64,000 nucleotides of DNA from NCBI GenBank assembly GCA_964427615.1, contig CAYRUR010000002.1:81847-145846 (forward strand). The letters run 5' to 3'. Positions 18,459 through 28,103 of this stretch are shown here, one piece after another (positions within the stretch are counted from its first letter, which is position 1; each line of letters begins with the position of its first letter). The notes under the pieces were generated by a model that made no database searches, was not told the DNA's origin, and worked only from the letters and a program-made list of their open reading frames with translations. This DNA is from an uncultured Gammaproteobacteria bacterium. Lineage in GTDB: Bacteria > Patescibacteriota > Microgenomatia > Levybacterales > GWA1-39-11. The translations under genes were made by a program, and so were the position numbers.

Positions 18459-18678
18459 AGATAGAATTAAATGTTACTCTTTATTATATACATTCTTTTA
18501 TTGTTTTCTATTCTATAATCCACTCCTATCCCAAGGTTATAACATTGTTATAATACACGTAAATGTTTGTCAATCCTCTCATTTTCAACGAAACACAACT
18601 TACTCAACTCTTCTTATGCTAAATTGCTATACTCTATCCCTTGACTTCGCTTATACAAAAACGGTAGTATAGAAACCT

Positions 18679-19242
18679 ATGGCAAAAGCAGATGAGCAAA
18701 TAACTTCCCCAGAGATGTGTCCTAAGTGTCAAAGCCCACTAGGAGAAATTCAAACCACAAAAACCGGCCGAAAATTACAACGATGTTCTACTGGCTCCTG
18801 GGATGCAGAGGCAAAGAAAAATGTGGGATGCGACTATGTGAAATGGCTTGAAATGGAACCACAAGAACTGGATGAAAAGTGTCCAAAATGTTCTGCACCG
18901 TTAGTATTGGCATTTACCCGATTCGGGAAGAAAATGAAAAAATGCTCTACTTCCTCTTGGGACAAAGAAGCCAAAAAAGCAATAGGTTGTGATTATGTCG
19001 AGTGGATCAATGGTACTACAGAAGAACTTGATGAAGAATGTCCTGAATGCGGAGCAAAACTCGTCCTCTACACCACTGCCAACGGCAAACGCATGAAAAA
19101 ATGCAGCACTGCAGGATGGGATAGACAAGCCAAAAAAGCTACTGGATGTCCGTATGTTTATTGGTTCAAGCCTGGTGAATATGAAGTAACCTACGATAGC
19201 GGAGGAGAAGAATTCTTACCCCCAGAACCTGCTGAAGCATAG
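18679..19242 (+). CDS. tandem triple zinc-ribbon protein (three ~57-aa repeats, each CxxC-x17-C-x14-C; topoisomerase-type C4 finger-like)
   Basis: repeats CPKCQSPL...RCSTGSWDAEAKKNVGCDYVKW / CPKCSAPL...KCSTSSWDKEAKKAIGCDYVEW / CPECGAKL...KCSTAGWDRQAKKATGCPYVYW. Confidence 0.7.
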   Translation: MAKADEQITSPEMCPKCQSPLGEIQTTKTGRKLQRCSTGSWDAEAKKNVGCDYVKWLEMEPQELDEKCPKCSAPLVLAFTRFGKKMKKCSTSSWDKEAKKAIGCDYVEWINGTTEELDEECPECGAKLVLYTTANGKRMKKCSTAGWDRQAKKATGCPYVYWFKPGEYEVTYDSGGEEFLPPEPAEA

Positions 19243-19620
19243 TATCCTCTATTTAAAATCCTAAGCACCACATTAGTATTAAGAGTTAAGAAGTAAGAAT
19301 TAAGTGTTTACTTAAAATTCTAAGCACTAAATCCTAAACCTTATTGTCATCACGAAGAAACGCTAATGGCTGTGGCGATCCCTGTTCATAAGGGGATTAC
19401 TTCGCTAACACTCGCAATGACGTCTGTTTAATAGTTTTCCCTAGACTCTAACCGCTATACGCTAATCGCTTATACATAGTTCTTGCCCTTTGTTCTCTGC
19501 TTACTGATTACTGTTTTCTTTTATTCATGAATCTCTCTTCGCTTTATAAACTTTATGAACTTTACAAACTTTCTACTCACCTCAAACTCGTTAACCCTTT
19601 AACTCGCAACCTATTAGCTT
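19243..19620. repeat. composite intergenic repeat element A (shares ~175 nt of colinear blocks with 38611-38770 plus shuffled short modules)
   Basis: block gattacttcgctaacactcgcaatgacgtctgttt at 19395-19429 vs 38611-38645 (32/35); catgaatct...gctttataaacttta in both. Confidence 0.7.
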
Positions 19621-19623
19621 ACT

Positions 19624-20037
19624 CTACATCTCCTGAGAAGCTTGTCCAACTGTCTGACTTTTACTAATATCCTCAAGCATTCTTTTGACTTCCTCTACCA
19701 TCTGATCAGGAGTGTATTGTGCTTTCATAAGATATCCGTGCGCTCCTAAGGTAAATGCTTCTTTAATAACTGCATCTTGAGATAAATTGGTAAGCATAAT
19801 CACCGGTATAGTTTTTGTGATTGCATCACTTTTAAGTGTTTTTAGAATTTCTATTCCATCCATATCAGGCAACATGATATCCAAAAGAATAAGATCGTAA
19901 GGATTCTTTTTGGCTTCTGCCAAACCTTCATTTCCCATTGCAGATACATCTACAGTAAATCCTGCTAATTCTAGTTGCCTTTTGTATAAGAAACTGAGAG
20001 GCCCTTGGTCTTCAAAAATTAAAATTCTCTTATTCAT
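19624..20037 (-). CDS. response regulator, receiver domain only
   Basis: 137 aa; DD pair, phospho-accepting D in LLDIMLPDMDG, conserved K. Confidence 0.8.
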   Translation of the reverse strand: MNKRILIFEDQGPLSFLYKRQLELAGFTVDVSAMGNEGLAEAKKNPYDLILLDIMLPDMDGIEILKTLKSDAITKTIPVIMLTNLSQDAVIKEAFTLGAHGYLMKAQYTPDQMVEEVKRMLEDISKSQTVGQASQEM

Positions 20038-20116
20038 ATAATTATTGTACTATTAAGCTTATATAGTATTACACGTTTGTGCTTTTCCTGCAATAGCTCT
20101 CAAGAAAAAAAAGGAA

Positions 20117-22375
20117 TTACCCTTTATCAACTGGTAATGAGAAACTAAATACTGATCCTTTTCCTTCTTCTGATTCCACCCAGATTTTTCCACCATGCAT
20201 CTCAACAATTGATTTTGAGATATAAAGACCCATTCCTGTTCCATTTGTCCCTTGTTCTAAATTCTTCTTTACCCTGAAAAATTTCGTGAATAAATGCTCA
20301 ATATCTTTTTGTGCTATACCTTTTCCAGTATCTTTTACATGAGTTATTACCTGTCCGTCCTTTTGCTCAATGGTAACAGTGATAGATCCACCCTGTGGAG
20401 TGTAATTAATTGCATTTGAAAGGAGATTTGATATAACTTCAGTAATACGCATCGTGTCAACAGAAAGTGATGGTACTGGCTCACTAGGCTCAACAAAAGT
20501 AAGTTGTATCTGCTTTTCCTGTGCACTAATTTTTACGGTATCAACCGTTTTGTTTACTAAAACTATCCAGTCTGTAGGTTGTTTTGAAATAGTAAATACG
20601 CCCTGCTCTATTTTACTCATATTTAGTAGATTCTGAATAAGAGCCATAAGTTGGTCAGAAGCAATATTGATTTGGTCAAGGAACATCTTTTGCTCATCTG
20701 AGAATTTCCCTTCATTTTCTTTCATAAAAATAGAAAGATATCCACGGATAGACGTAAGAGGCGTACGCAATTCATGAGCAGCCATAGATACAAAATCCAG
20801 TTTCATTTTTTCCAGTTCTTGTTCTTGCGTAACATCATGCAAAACAAGAATACAACTCAAATTTACGCTTCTCCCCTCTTTAATTTGCCCAGCAACAACA
20901 TGCACAAATGCCTTTTTAACACTAGTGGTAAGAGCCAAATTTTCTTTACGAAATACTGCACCTTCAGATGAGGAATCGTTAATAGGACTGTACGTTGCAG
21001 AGGGAATCTCTGTATTACCATCATAGAGCTTGAACACTTCATCTATTCGCTTCCCTATCACCTGTTCTGCTGAAAACCCGGTAACTATTTGTGCAGCTTT
21101 ATTAAAAATAACAATCTTTCTCTCAAAATCAACGCCAATTACCGCATCAGCAATACTGGAAATAGCCACTGCCATTTTATTTCGTTCTGCATTAATAACA
21201 TTTTTATCATGTTCTTGTTTTTGAAAAGCCTGCGCAAGATCAGCTGCCATTTTATTAAAAGTATTTGCCAATTCTTCAATTTCATCACCAGTTTTAATAG
21301 TTAACTGTTGATTAAAGTTGCCTTGACCCAACAAACGGCTACCCTGCTGCAACTCTTCGATAGGCTCTACAATTTTGCTAGAGATAAAAAGACCTGCCAA
21401 GCTAATAATAGAAAGCGTTATGATAAACAAAATAATAGAAAATATGCCTGCACGGTTAATTGCTGCCAACATGTCAGATACGGGGACTTGTGCAATAACA
21501 CCCCAATTGGTAAGCGGAACAGAGTTGTAGGTAGTAAGTGAGGGCTCATTTACTTCACTTGAAAGCTCTTCAACTGGTCCAGCAGTCTTTGTATTATTGG
21601 TAAGATTGGTGAGAAAGTTATGTACTACTGGAATATTTTTCATATTCCGCATATGAGAAAGATAAGATTTATCAGGATGCGTTAAAAGATTCCCTTTATC
21701 ATCCACTACATACACATATCCTGTTGTACCCATTTTTACAGCATTTATTCTTTGCCAAAGAGTATTTAACTGCACTTTCTCAACTAGTACTCCAAATACC
21801 TCACCGCTTTTGCGAGATGTACCTATGGATGAAGTTGATAAATTCTGCAGCTGCTGTGCATCTTTTGGCAATACAATGGGAACCGCAATATTTACGGATG
21901 GATTCCCTGCTTCATCAAGATACATAGGGCTGATGTATTTATTACCACCAACAAAAGTAGTAATTTTAAAAGCAGGATTATCTGATTGATCACGGAGTTC
22001 GTTCTGAGGATATATTCTATTTCTGCTAACACGAGCAATTTCTCTCCCGTTTTTATCTAACAACTGCAGCTCTTGAATATCCTGGTCTTGCAATAAAAAG
22101 TTTTGCATCTCAATAGTAGCAACTGATACATTTTTCTGTAATACTGCTTCTGTCTGTGAATGGATAATAAGGCTAATAATTTTAGTAGTTAAGAAGCTGC
22201 TAATTCTGTCTGCTGTTGCAGAAGCAGTTATTGCTACTTGATCAGAAGTAGCAATTTTAATCTCACTTTTAAAGGTCGTAAACCAAATAATATTAACGAT
22301 AAGAAGTGAGATACCTGCAAGAAGGATAAAAAAGAAAGGTAATTTAAATTTCAGTGTCGTTTTGGGCAGACGCAT
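20117..22375 (-). CDS. sensor histidine kinase (N-terminal TM + Cache-like periplasmic domain, HAMP, PAS, HisKA, HATPase)
   Basis: 752 aa; H-box MAAHELRTPLTSIRGY; G-boxes near C-terminus. Confidence 0.8.
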   Translation of the reverse strand: MRLPKTTLKFKLPFFFILLAGISLLIVNIIWFTTFKSEIKIATSDQVAITASATADRISSFLTTKIISLIIHSQTEAVLQKNVSVATIEMQNFLLQDQDIQELQLLDKNGREIARVSRNRIYPQNELRDQSDNPAFKITTFVGGNKYISPMYLDEAGNPSVNIAVPIVLPKDAQQLQNLSTSSIGTSRKSGEVFGVLVEKVQLNTLWQRINAVKMGTTGYVYVVDDKGNLLTHPDKSYLSHMRNMKNIPVVHNFLTNLTNNTKTAGPVEELSSEVNEPSLTTYNSVPLTNWGVIAQVPVSDMLAAINRAGIFSIILFIITLSIISLAGLFISSKIVEPIEELQQGSRLLGQGNFNQQLTIKTGDEIEELANTFNKMAADLAQAFQKQEHDKNVINAERNKMAVAISSIADAVIGVDFERKIVIFNKAAQIVTGFSAEQVIGKRIDEVFKLYDGNTEIPSATYSPINDSSSEGAVFRKENLALTTSVKKAFVHVVAGQIKEGRSVNLSCILVLHDVTQEQELEKMKLDFVSMAAHELRTPLTSIRGYLSIFMKENEGKFSDEQKMFLDQINIASDQLMALIQNLLNMSKIEQGVFTISKQPTDWIVLVNKTVDTVKISAQEKQIQLTFVEPSEPVPSLSVDTMRITEVISNLLSNAINYTPQGGSITVTIEQKDGQVITHVKDTGKGIAQKDIEHLFTKFFRVKKNLEQGTNGTGMGLYISKSIVEMHGGKIWVESEEGKGSVFSFSLPVDKG

Positions 22376-22446
22376 AGGTATAATTTGATTATAGCAAGCA
22401 TATTACATCTTGACTATAACCATAATATATTCTAGAGTTAATATAT

Positions 22447-23223
22447 ATGCAAAATTCTGAGCAAGATAATTCACCTCTTTCACCTAGTAACGCTCAGCCT
22501 GTCTCCACACCTCCATCAGCTGAGAATACTGTAGATTCTCAAGAAACAACTCCTACTCCTTTCCCATCTGCCAATGAGGTTCCACCTTCTGAAACACCGC
22601 CTACACCACCAACAGAACCGGTATCACCTCCTGAGAAACCTCGCCGTTCTTCCCTGTACTATTTAATAACCCTGATACTCTTTATTGTAGGTATTGCACT
22701 TGGGTTTTCCTTATTCAAACTCATGCCTGCAGAAAGTAAAAAAATAGCACCTCAGAAAGAAGCAACTGCAGATACTCTGACGCTTCCAAGCGACGCAGTA
22801 CAAATACAGGAATGTGCAAGTCACAAAGGAACACTGTATATAAGACCAACAGATATACCAGTTGGTCCTGTATACATGGTACATAAGGGAAAAGTGATAG
22901 GTCTTGAGTTTATGCTTGGGAAAGACGAATTTCTACAAGGAAAGAATTATGAGAATCTTCAAGGATTGGGCATGAAAGTAGATCATGTAAGCATCGGTCT
23001 TCTCTCACAAGGCCATGAAGGATATACAGCACCTCACTATCATGTAGATTTTTACAACGTCTCAAGAGAAATCAAAGACGCAATTACCTGTCCTACTAAC
23101 GCCAATTCCCCTACTACCCCTTCATCCTCATCAAGCGCTACCCCAAATGCTACCCCGTCCTCAACAATGACTCCATCATCCCCAAGTGGAGCAATGCAAA
23201 CAGAACCTCACATGGCCCACTAA
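22447..23223 (+). CDS. hypothetical bitopic membrane protein with Pro/Ser/Thr-rich N-terminal and C-terminal tails
   Basis: 258 aa; one TM helix (LYYLITLILFIVGIALGF). Confidence 0.45.
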   Translation: MQNSEQDNSPLSPSNAQPVSTPPSAENTVDSQETTPTPFPSANEVPPSETPPTPPTEPVSPPEKPRRSSLYYLITLILFIVGIALGFSLFKLMPAESKKIAPQKEATADTLTLPSDAVQIQECASHKGTLYIRPTDIPVGPVYMVHKGKVIGLEFMLGKDEFLQGKNYENLQGLGMKVDHVSIGLLSQGHEGYTAPHYHVDFYNVSREIKDAITCPTNANSPTTPSSSSSATPNATPSSTMTPSSPSGAMQTEPHMAH

Positions 23224-23307
23224 TAATTCCACACTTTATACTCGTGGAATAGCTTATTTATTTGACTCTTTTGTTTTGTAAAGTATAAAATACATCGTAT
23301 AACCCTT

Positions 23308-23973
23308 ATGACACAGAAACAATCCGCGCTTTTTTACATGTCCTTTTTTGCTGTCGTAAGTATGCTTCTCATGCCTCTGATTATCGGACTTATGGAGTTA
23401 TTAAATCTTCCCATAACGCTTTTCTTTGAAAATAGCAGATATGCTGTAGATAATTTTATTTTCTTCTTAAGAGTAACTACTTTTCCACTCCTTGCACTGC
23501 TTTTAATGTACAAACTTTCCATAAAAACAAAAAATCAAAACATATTTTTTTTGATAACCTTTTTACTGTTAGCAATTACGTCTTATTTTAATTTTCACAC
23601 AAAAGCTGTCTTACAAGATACAAATAATGCATTAAAACTTCTTTTTATAGGTATTCCCTTAGGTATCTACACTTCCTTTGTTCTTACCTATTTTTGGAGA
23701 AAAATAATGGTGCAAAAAGAATATGCAAAAGCACAACTATTACGTCTTCCTTTATTACTAACACTGGCTTTGCTTTTTATAGAATTGATTTCATCAATTG
23801 TTTTCTTTGATTCATTTATCCTCAGTATTTACATCATGATAGGAGAATTTTTGAAGAACAGGCAAATAGTAGACATTTTCTACCTGGACTACTATGGATT
23901 TGCAGGACTTTTCTTAAGCCTTGTCACCTCTACTTCTGCTCTGGCAATGTCTCATCCTCAGAAGAAAAAGTAA
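23308..23973 (+). CDS. polytopic membrane protein, unknown function
   Basis: 221 aa, ~6 hydrophobic helices. Confidence 0.45.
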   Translation: MTQKQSALFYMSFFAVVSMLLMPLIIGLMELLNLPITLFFENSRYAVDNFIFFLRVTTFPLLALLLMYKLSIKTKNQNIFFLITFLLLAITSYFNFHTKAVLQDTNNALKLLFIGIPLGIYTSFVLTYFWRKIMVQKEYAKAQLLRLPLLLTLALLFIELISSIVFFDSFILSIYIMIGEFLKNRQIVDIFYLDYYGFAGLFLSLVTSTSALAMSHPQKKK

Positions 23974-23988
23974 TGATCACGAAGTGTA

Positions 23989-26900
23989 CTAGAGAGAGGA
24001 GGAACGTCTTCTTACTCTCTTTTTTCTGAAGAATATGAAGAAGGATCCTACAACAATAGCAAGTAAGAAACCTGCTGCTGTCATAATGTAAGGATTACCC
24101 GATATACCTGCTGGTTTTACTTGTATGGTTAATTCCTGCTTCTTCACATCTCCATCCAAGTTAATACTTTGCTCTCCTTTAACATTCCCATAGGATATAA
24201 TGACCCGATGCTGTCCTGCTTCTACATCTTCAAAAGTAACCCAACCATCTTTATCAGTAGTACCAGTTCTGGGAGTTGAGTGCACTGTCACGCTTGCCCC
24301 TCCAACTGGTTTTTTATTTGTATCAATAACTTGAATTGTCAAATCATACGTTTTCTGATCAGAACCTATTTGTTCCTGAGGGTCTGACTGATCGGTGTTC
24401 TCCTGCTGTGTTTTACCTTGAGAGCAGGAAGTGGTTAGAATCCATCCTGGTTCTACATTATTTGATTTCTCAAGGCTTGGATATTTCTGTTTATTTTTTT
24501 CAATCAGTTCTTTATACCTATTTCCATCTCCTAATATTTTTTCTGCAATCTCCCACAATCCATCCCCTGCTTGTACCGTATATGTTTGGCAAACGTTTTT
24601 CTTTTCTTTTTCATTTCCACCAACTGGCTTTAGTTCTGAAAAGACAATAGGATTGTTACCAGCATTTACTCCTAATGTTTTAGCAGAAATTTCATTTGAC
24701 CATTCCCCGGTGGCACAACCATTCCCTGCTCTCACTCTGAAGTAATACGTTGTATTAGGACTCAAGCCTTTGACAGTATAGGTCCTCGTACCTTTTCCAC
24801 CAATATTCTCCACTCCAAATTGATATTCTCCTGACTTAGTACCATACTGCAATACATAATGATCATACGGATCTTGAGCATCGGTAAAATATAGTTCTAC
24901 AGTCTCAGCATCTTTGGCAAGAGCTGCATACAATGAAACCACTTTTTCTCCAGGAGTTAATGCAGAACAAACAGATGAGGAAGGTGAAGGTACAGTCTGA
25001 GAAGAATCAGCAGAAGGAAGTGAATCCTTTAATACGAAAGTGTGCGTAGAAAAACCCTCATCGTATGTAAAAGATAAAGATCCTCCACCATCTGTTTTTA
25101 ATTCTCTCCATAAACTATCATCACGAAAGATATAAAAGGTTTTATTGACTGGAAGATTCGAAAAAACTATGTCTACACTCTGATTTGTATCACTTGCCAT
25201 TCTCCACTTGCGATAATTATCTCTCCAATCTTCTATCGTGATATCAACATTTCCTGAAGTAACCGTAGCTGTCATATCTCTTTTTACATATTTTACTACT
25301 CTATCATGCTGGGCTGTACCTTTTAGTACGTTACCAGCACTACTTACTCGATTATAGTAATCTGTCGTTTTTGTCCAATCATTCGTGTTATCTAAATAAG
25401 CCTGGTAAATACTATTACCCCCTGTTGACTTGTCAATTAAGTATGACGATCCTATGTTATTAGGGAAAAAATAAGCTGTTGGATAAATATCATTAAGAAG
25501 TTCTAAAAGGTAATAATCTGAAAATGCAAAAGTAAAATCACTTGTACTAGAGTAAGTCAAACCATACTTATTCACAGTATCATAATCTGAATTTTTCGTC
25601 TTCATTTCTAATATAAAAAGTTCTTCTCCTCTCTTTTGCCAATTATTACGCTTTGATTGGGGGTAACTTGTATCTTGAGCCAGCTTTAATAAGTTGTAAG
25701 AGATTATTGAACTTCTCCTTTGATCTGATCTCAAATCAGTTATGGGTCTATCTGCAAGATTATCTGCTAATTTTACTAATGAATCACTAATTTTCGTTAC
25801 CAATGATTGCTGAGTAGTATCATTTTCTATTAAATCTTTAAATTCACGCAATCCATTTAATGCCCATCCTTGCCCTCCATCCCAAAAGATTGGACCGTTA
25901 ATAGTATCTGTGGCATAGTTATACCGTTGATAAAACCAGCCTTCAGGAGTTTGTAGTTTGTCAATCATTGTGTTAATCATTTTAATCGCATCACTTTTAT
26001 ATGTGTCGTTATTCAGAAGCTTCCCCATATACCAGAAAAATTGAGGCTTTCCTCCACCAGCATCAATCCAAAATTCACTTCCTGCTCCAGAACTATGAGA
26101 AAAATTATCGTAGGTTACATTATAAGCTGCACGTGAATAACTAAGAATATCTCCCATTGCATTATAAAGACTTATATCTCCTGTTTCTTCATATGCTGGT
26201 TTAATTGTTGTCCAACCAGCAAAAGTACAGTCAGTATAATTTCCCGCACCTAGAGGATAACATCGTAAATCAGAGGTTCCTGTTCTAATGGTATCTTTAG
26301 TACGTTCAGCTTGTTCGTTTCTTAATTCTGGATATCCCAACTCATCAAATACACCTCCCATAAATGCATTATCCCAATCAGCGCCTTTATAATTAAGAAT
26401 ACTTTTTCTAATCTGATTAGCAAAAACTCCACCATAATTCCCTTCTAGCACTTCAGGACGATTATGAATATAGTGAAATTCCAACATGTCTTTTACACTT
26501 CTATACTGGTCGTACTTCGGATCAAGCGTTATGCTTCCTATTGCTTGATGTGAGTTATCATTTGGATCGAAGAGTTTGAAAGTAAAACTTAATGTGACAT
26601 CTCTATTATAAGTTCGAGGAGCATGAATTGTTTTACTAAAACTACCTAGAGCGTCGGTAGTGACCGTCCACATTGGATATTTTTGTATTTTATCTACATA
26701 TACATTATTACTCCCCACCTTTAAAAATCGCCATTCAAAGCTAGGAACTCCTTTATCTTTATCAAACACCTTAGTCCATGTAACCCAACTGGAAGAACCA
26801 GTACTATCTACATCAACCGTCTGTGCATATCCACCTCCATTTGACCAGTAGATGTCAGATGCTCCTATGCGAAAATAAGGTGTTGCTGCTACTGCGTCGT

Positions 26901-27291
26901 AATAGCGTATAAAAACAAGCACATTCTCAAATTCATCATATGCATGAGAATATGACCAACCTGTTCCGAACTCTAGTGTACCTGTATACTGTTTTGCCGT
27001 CTCCCCTTGATAAGTAGTATCTGTGTAATCTTTTTCAGGACCACCATCATAGTTGTATAGATAGTAAGTATGATTAGGAATAAGACCACTGCCTGTTATC
27101 GTAATTTGCTCTCCGAGAAAAGGTGTTGTGTTACTTATTGAAAAAGATGAAGATGCAGAAACCTTAGGAATAATTATTGTAAATAGTAAAGAAAAGAATA
27201 GAGATAAGTTAAAAAGGAAAAAGAATAATCTCCTGGTATTCTGACTATAGTCTAATATAGGAGAAAAAAGCTTTCTATTAACAAATACCAT
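23989..27291 (-). CDS. large cell-surface protein (signal/anchor, ~700-aa unknown domain, FN3, LysM, CarboxypepD-reg-like beta-sandwich, C-terminal TM anchor)
   Basis: 1100 aa; FN3 motif YYFRVRAGNG; LysM YTVQAGDGLWEIAEKIL; C-terminal hydrophobic helix + RKKRVRRR. Confidence 0.6.
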   Translation of the reverse strand: MVFVNRKLFSPILDYSQNTRRLFFFLFNLSLFFSLLFTIIIPKVSASSSFSISNTTPFLGEQITITGSGLIPNHTYYLYNYDGGPEKDYTDTTYQGETAKQYTGTLEFGTGWSYSHAYDEFENVLVFIRYYDAVAATPYFRIGASDIYWSNGGGYAQTVDVDSTGSSSWVTWTKVFDKDKGVPSFEWRFLKVGSNNVYVDKIQKYPMWTVTTDALGSFSKTIHAPRTYNRDVTLSFTFKLFDPNDNSHQAIGSITLDPKYDQYRSVKDMLEFHYIHNRPEVLEGNYGGVFANQIRKSILNYKGADWDNAFMGGVFDELGYPELRNEQAERTKDTIRTGTSDLRCYPLGAGNYTDCTFAGWTTIKPAYEETGDISLYNAMGDILSYSRAAYNVTYDNFSHSSGAGSEFWIDAGGGKPQFFWYMGKLLNNDTYKSDAIKMINTMIDKLQTPEGWFYQRYNYATDTINGPIFWDGGQGWALNGLREFKDLIENDTTQQSLVTKISDSLVKLADNLADRPITDLRSDQRRSSIISYNLLKLAQDTSYPQSKRNNWQKRGEELFILEMKTKNSDYDTVNKYGLTYSSTSDFTFAFSDYYLLELLNDIYPTAYFFPNNIGSSYLIDKSTGGNSIYQAYLDNTNDWTKTTDYYNRVSSAGNVLKGTAQHDRVVKYVKRDMTATVTSGNVDITIEDWRDNYRKWRMASDTNQSVDIVFSNLPVNKTFYIFRDDSLWRELKTDGGGSLSFTYDEGFSTHTFVLKDSLPSADSSQTVPSPSSSVCSALTPGEKVVSLYAALAKDAETVELYFTDAQDPYDHYVLQYGTKSGEYQFGVENIGGKGTRTYTVKGLSPNTTYYFRVRAGNGCATGEWSNEISAKTLGVNAGNNPIVFSELKPVGGNEKEKKNVCQTYTVQAGDGLWEIAEKILGDGNRYKELIEKNKQKYPSLEKSNNVEPGWILTTSCSQGKTQQENTDQSDPQEQIGSDQKTYDLTIQVIDTNKKPVGGASVTVHSTPRTGTTDKDGWVTFEDVEAGQHRVIISYGNVKGEQSINLDGDVKKQELTIQVKPAGISGNPYIMTAAGFLLAIVVGSFFIFFRKKRVRRRSSSL

Positions 27292-27374
27292 AATTTAACC
27301 ATATCACACTTTAAATAAAAATGCTAGTTATAATCTGTAGATTATGATGATGATAAATATCAGACTAGTAGGAT

Positions 27375-27587
27375 ATGAAGACTACTGCTACTAGAATATA
27401 TTTTGGAAAACAACTAAAAATACTACGTAAGAAAAATGGATTTTCTCAAGAAGAACTAGGATTTCGAGCAGGTCTTCATAGAACTTATATAGGATCTGTT
27501 GAGCGAGGAGAACAAAATATATCAATCGATAACATTGAGAAGTTAGCAGAAGCACTTCGCATCTCCCCAAAGGAATTCTTCGAATAA
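27375..27587 (+). CDS. XRE-family HTH transcriptional regulator
   Basis: 70 aa; GFSQEELGFRAGLHRTYIGSVERGE. Confidence 0.7.
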   Translation: MKTTATRIYFGKQLKILRKKNGFSQEELGFRAGLHRTYIGSVERGEQNISIDNIEKLAEALRISPKEFFE

Positions 27588-27720
27588 CAAAATATAGATC
27601 AAATTATCAATCCTTTACAATTCTCGCTTTTCTGTGCTTTTTAAAACCCTTCTCTCATCTCTTAACAAACTCTCACGCTCCTCTACCTCCATTTTAATTC
27701 TTGAAATATACAATGTAATA

Positions 27721-28086
27721 ATGAGACTGCAAGGAGTTCTTATTTTCTCAGAAGACCCTAACACTCTGGTAGAGTTTTATAAAAAAGTTTTACAACAAGA
27801 ACCTACATGGTCAGGAGGAGATTTCACTGGATTTGTTACAGAAAATGAATACCTTACCATAGGACCTCATGATAAAGTACATGGAAAAAACACGAATCCT
27901 GAAAGAATCATGATAAATTTTGAAACAGATGAGGTAGAGAAAGAATTTGAAAGAATAAAAGCATTGGGTACACCTGTTGTTGCAGAGCCCTATGCTCCGG
28001 CAGAAGAATCAAGCATGCAAATTGCAACGTTTCAAGACCCTGATGGTAATTATTTCCAACTTACCTCTCCTATACAAGAAGGGTAA
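27721..28086 (+). CDS. VOC (glyoxalase/bleomycin-resistance fold) family protein
   Basis: start moved to internal ATG 27721 (MRLQGVLIFSEDP...). Confidence 0.5.
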   Translation: MRLQGVLIFSEDPNTLVEFYKKVLQQEPTWSGGDFTGFVTENEYLTIGPHDKVHGKNTNPERIMINFETDEVEKEFERIKALGTPVVAEPYAPAEESSMQIATFQDPDGNYFQLTSPIQEG

Positions 28087-28103
28087 AAGGTATTATTCTG
28101 TAA

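Noticed and set aside
19243-19620. CRISPR array, or tRNA/tmRNA genes hidden in the repeat-rich intergenic regions
   Set aside because: Repeats are not regularly spaced with unique spacers, and no cas genes are present. I found no GTTCGAATC-type T-loop or cloverleaf-compatible segments in these regions. No tRNA was found anywhere in the window by eye, which a tRNA scanner should confirm.
20059-20244. 61-aa ORF overlapping the 3-prime end of the histidine kinase
   Set aside because: Overlaps the kinase C-terminus in another frame. No independent support.
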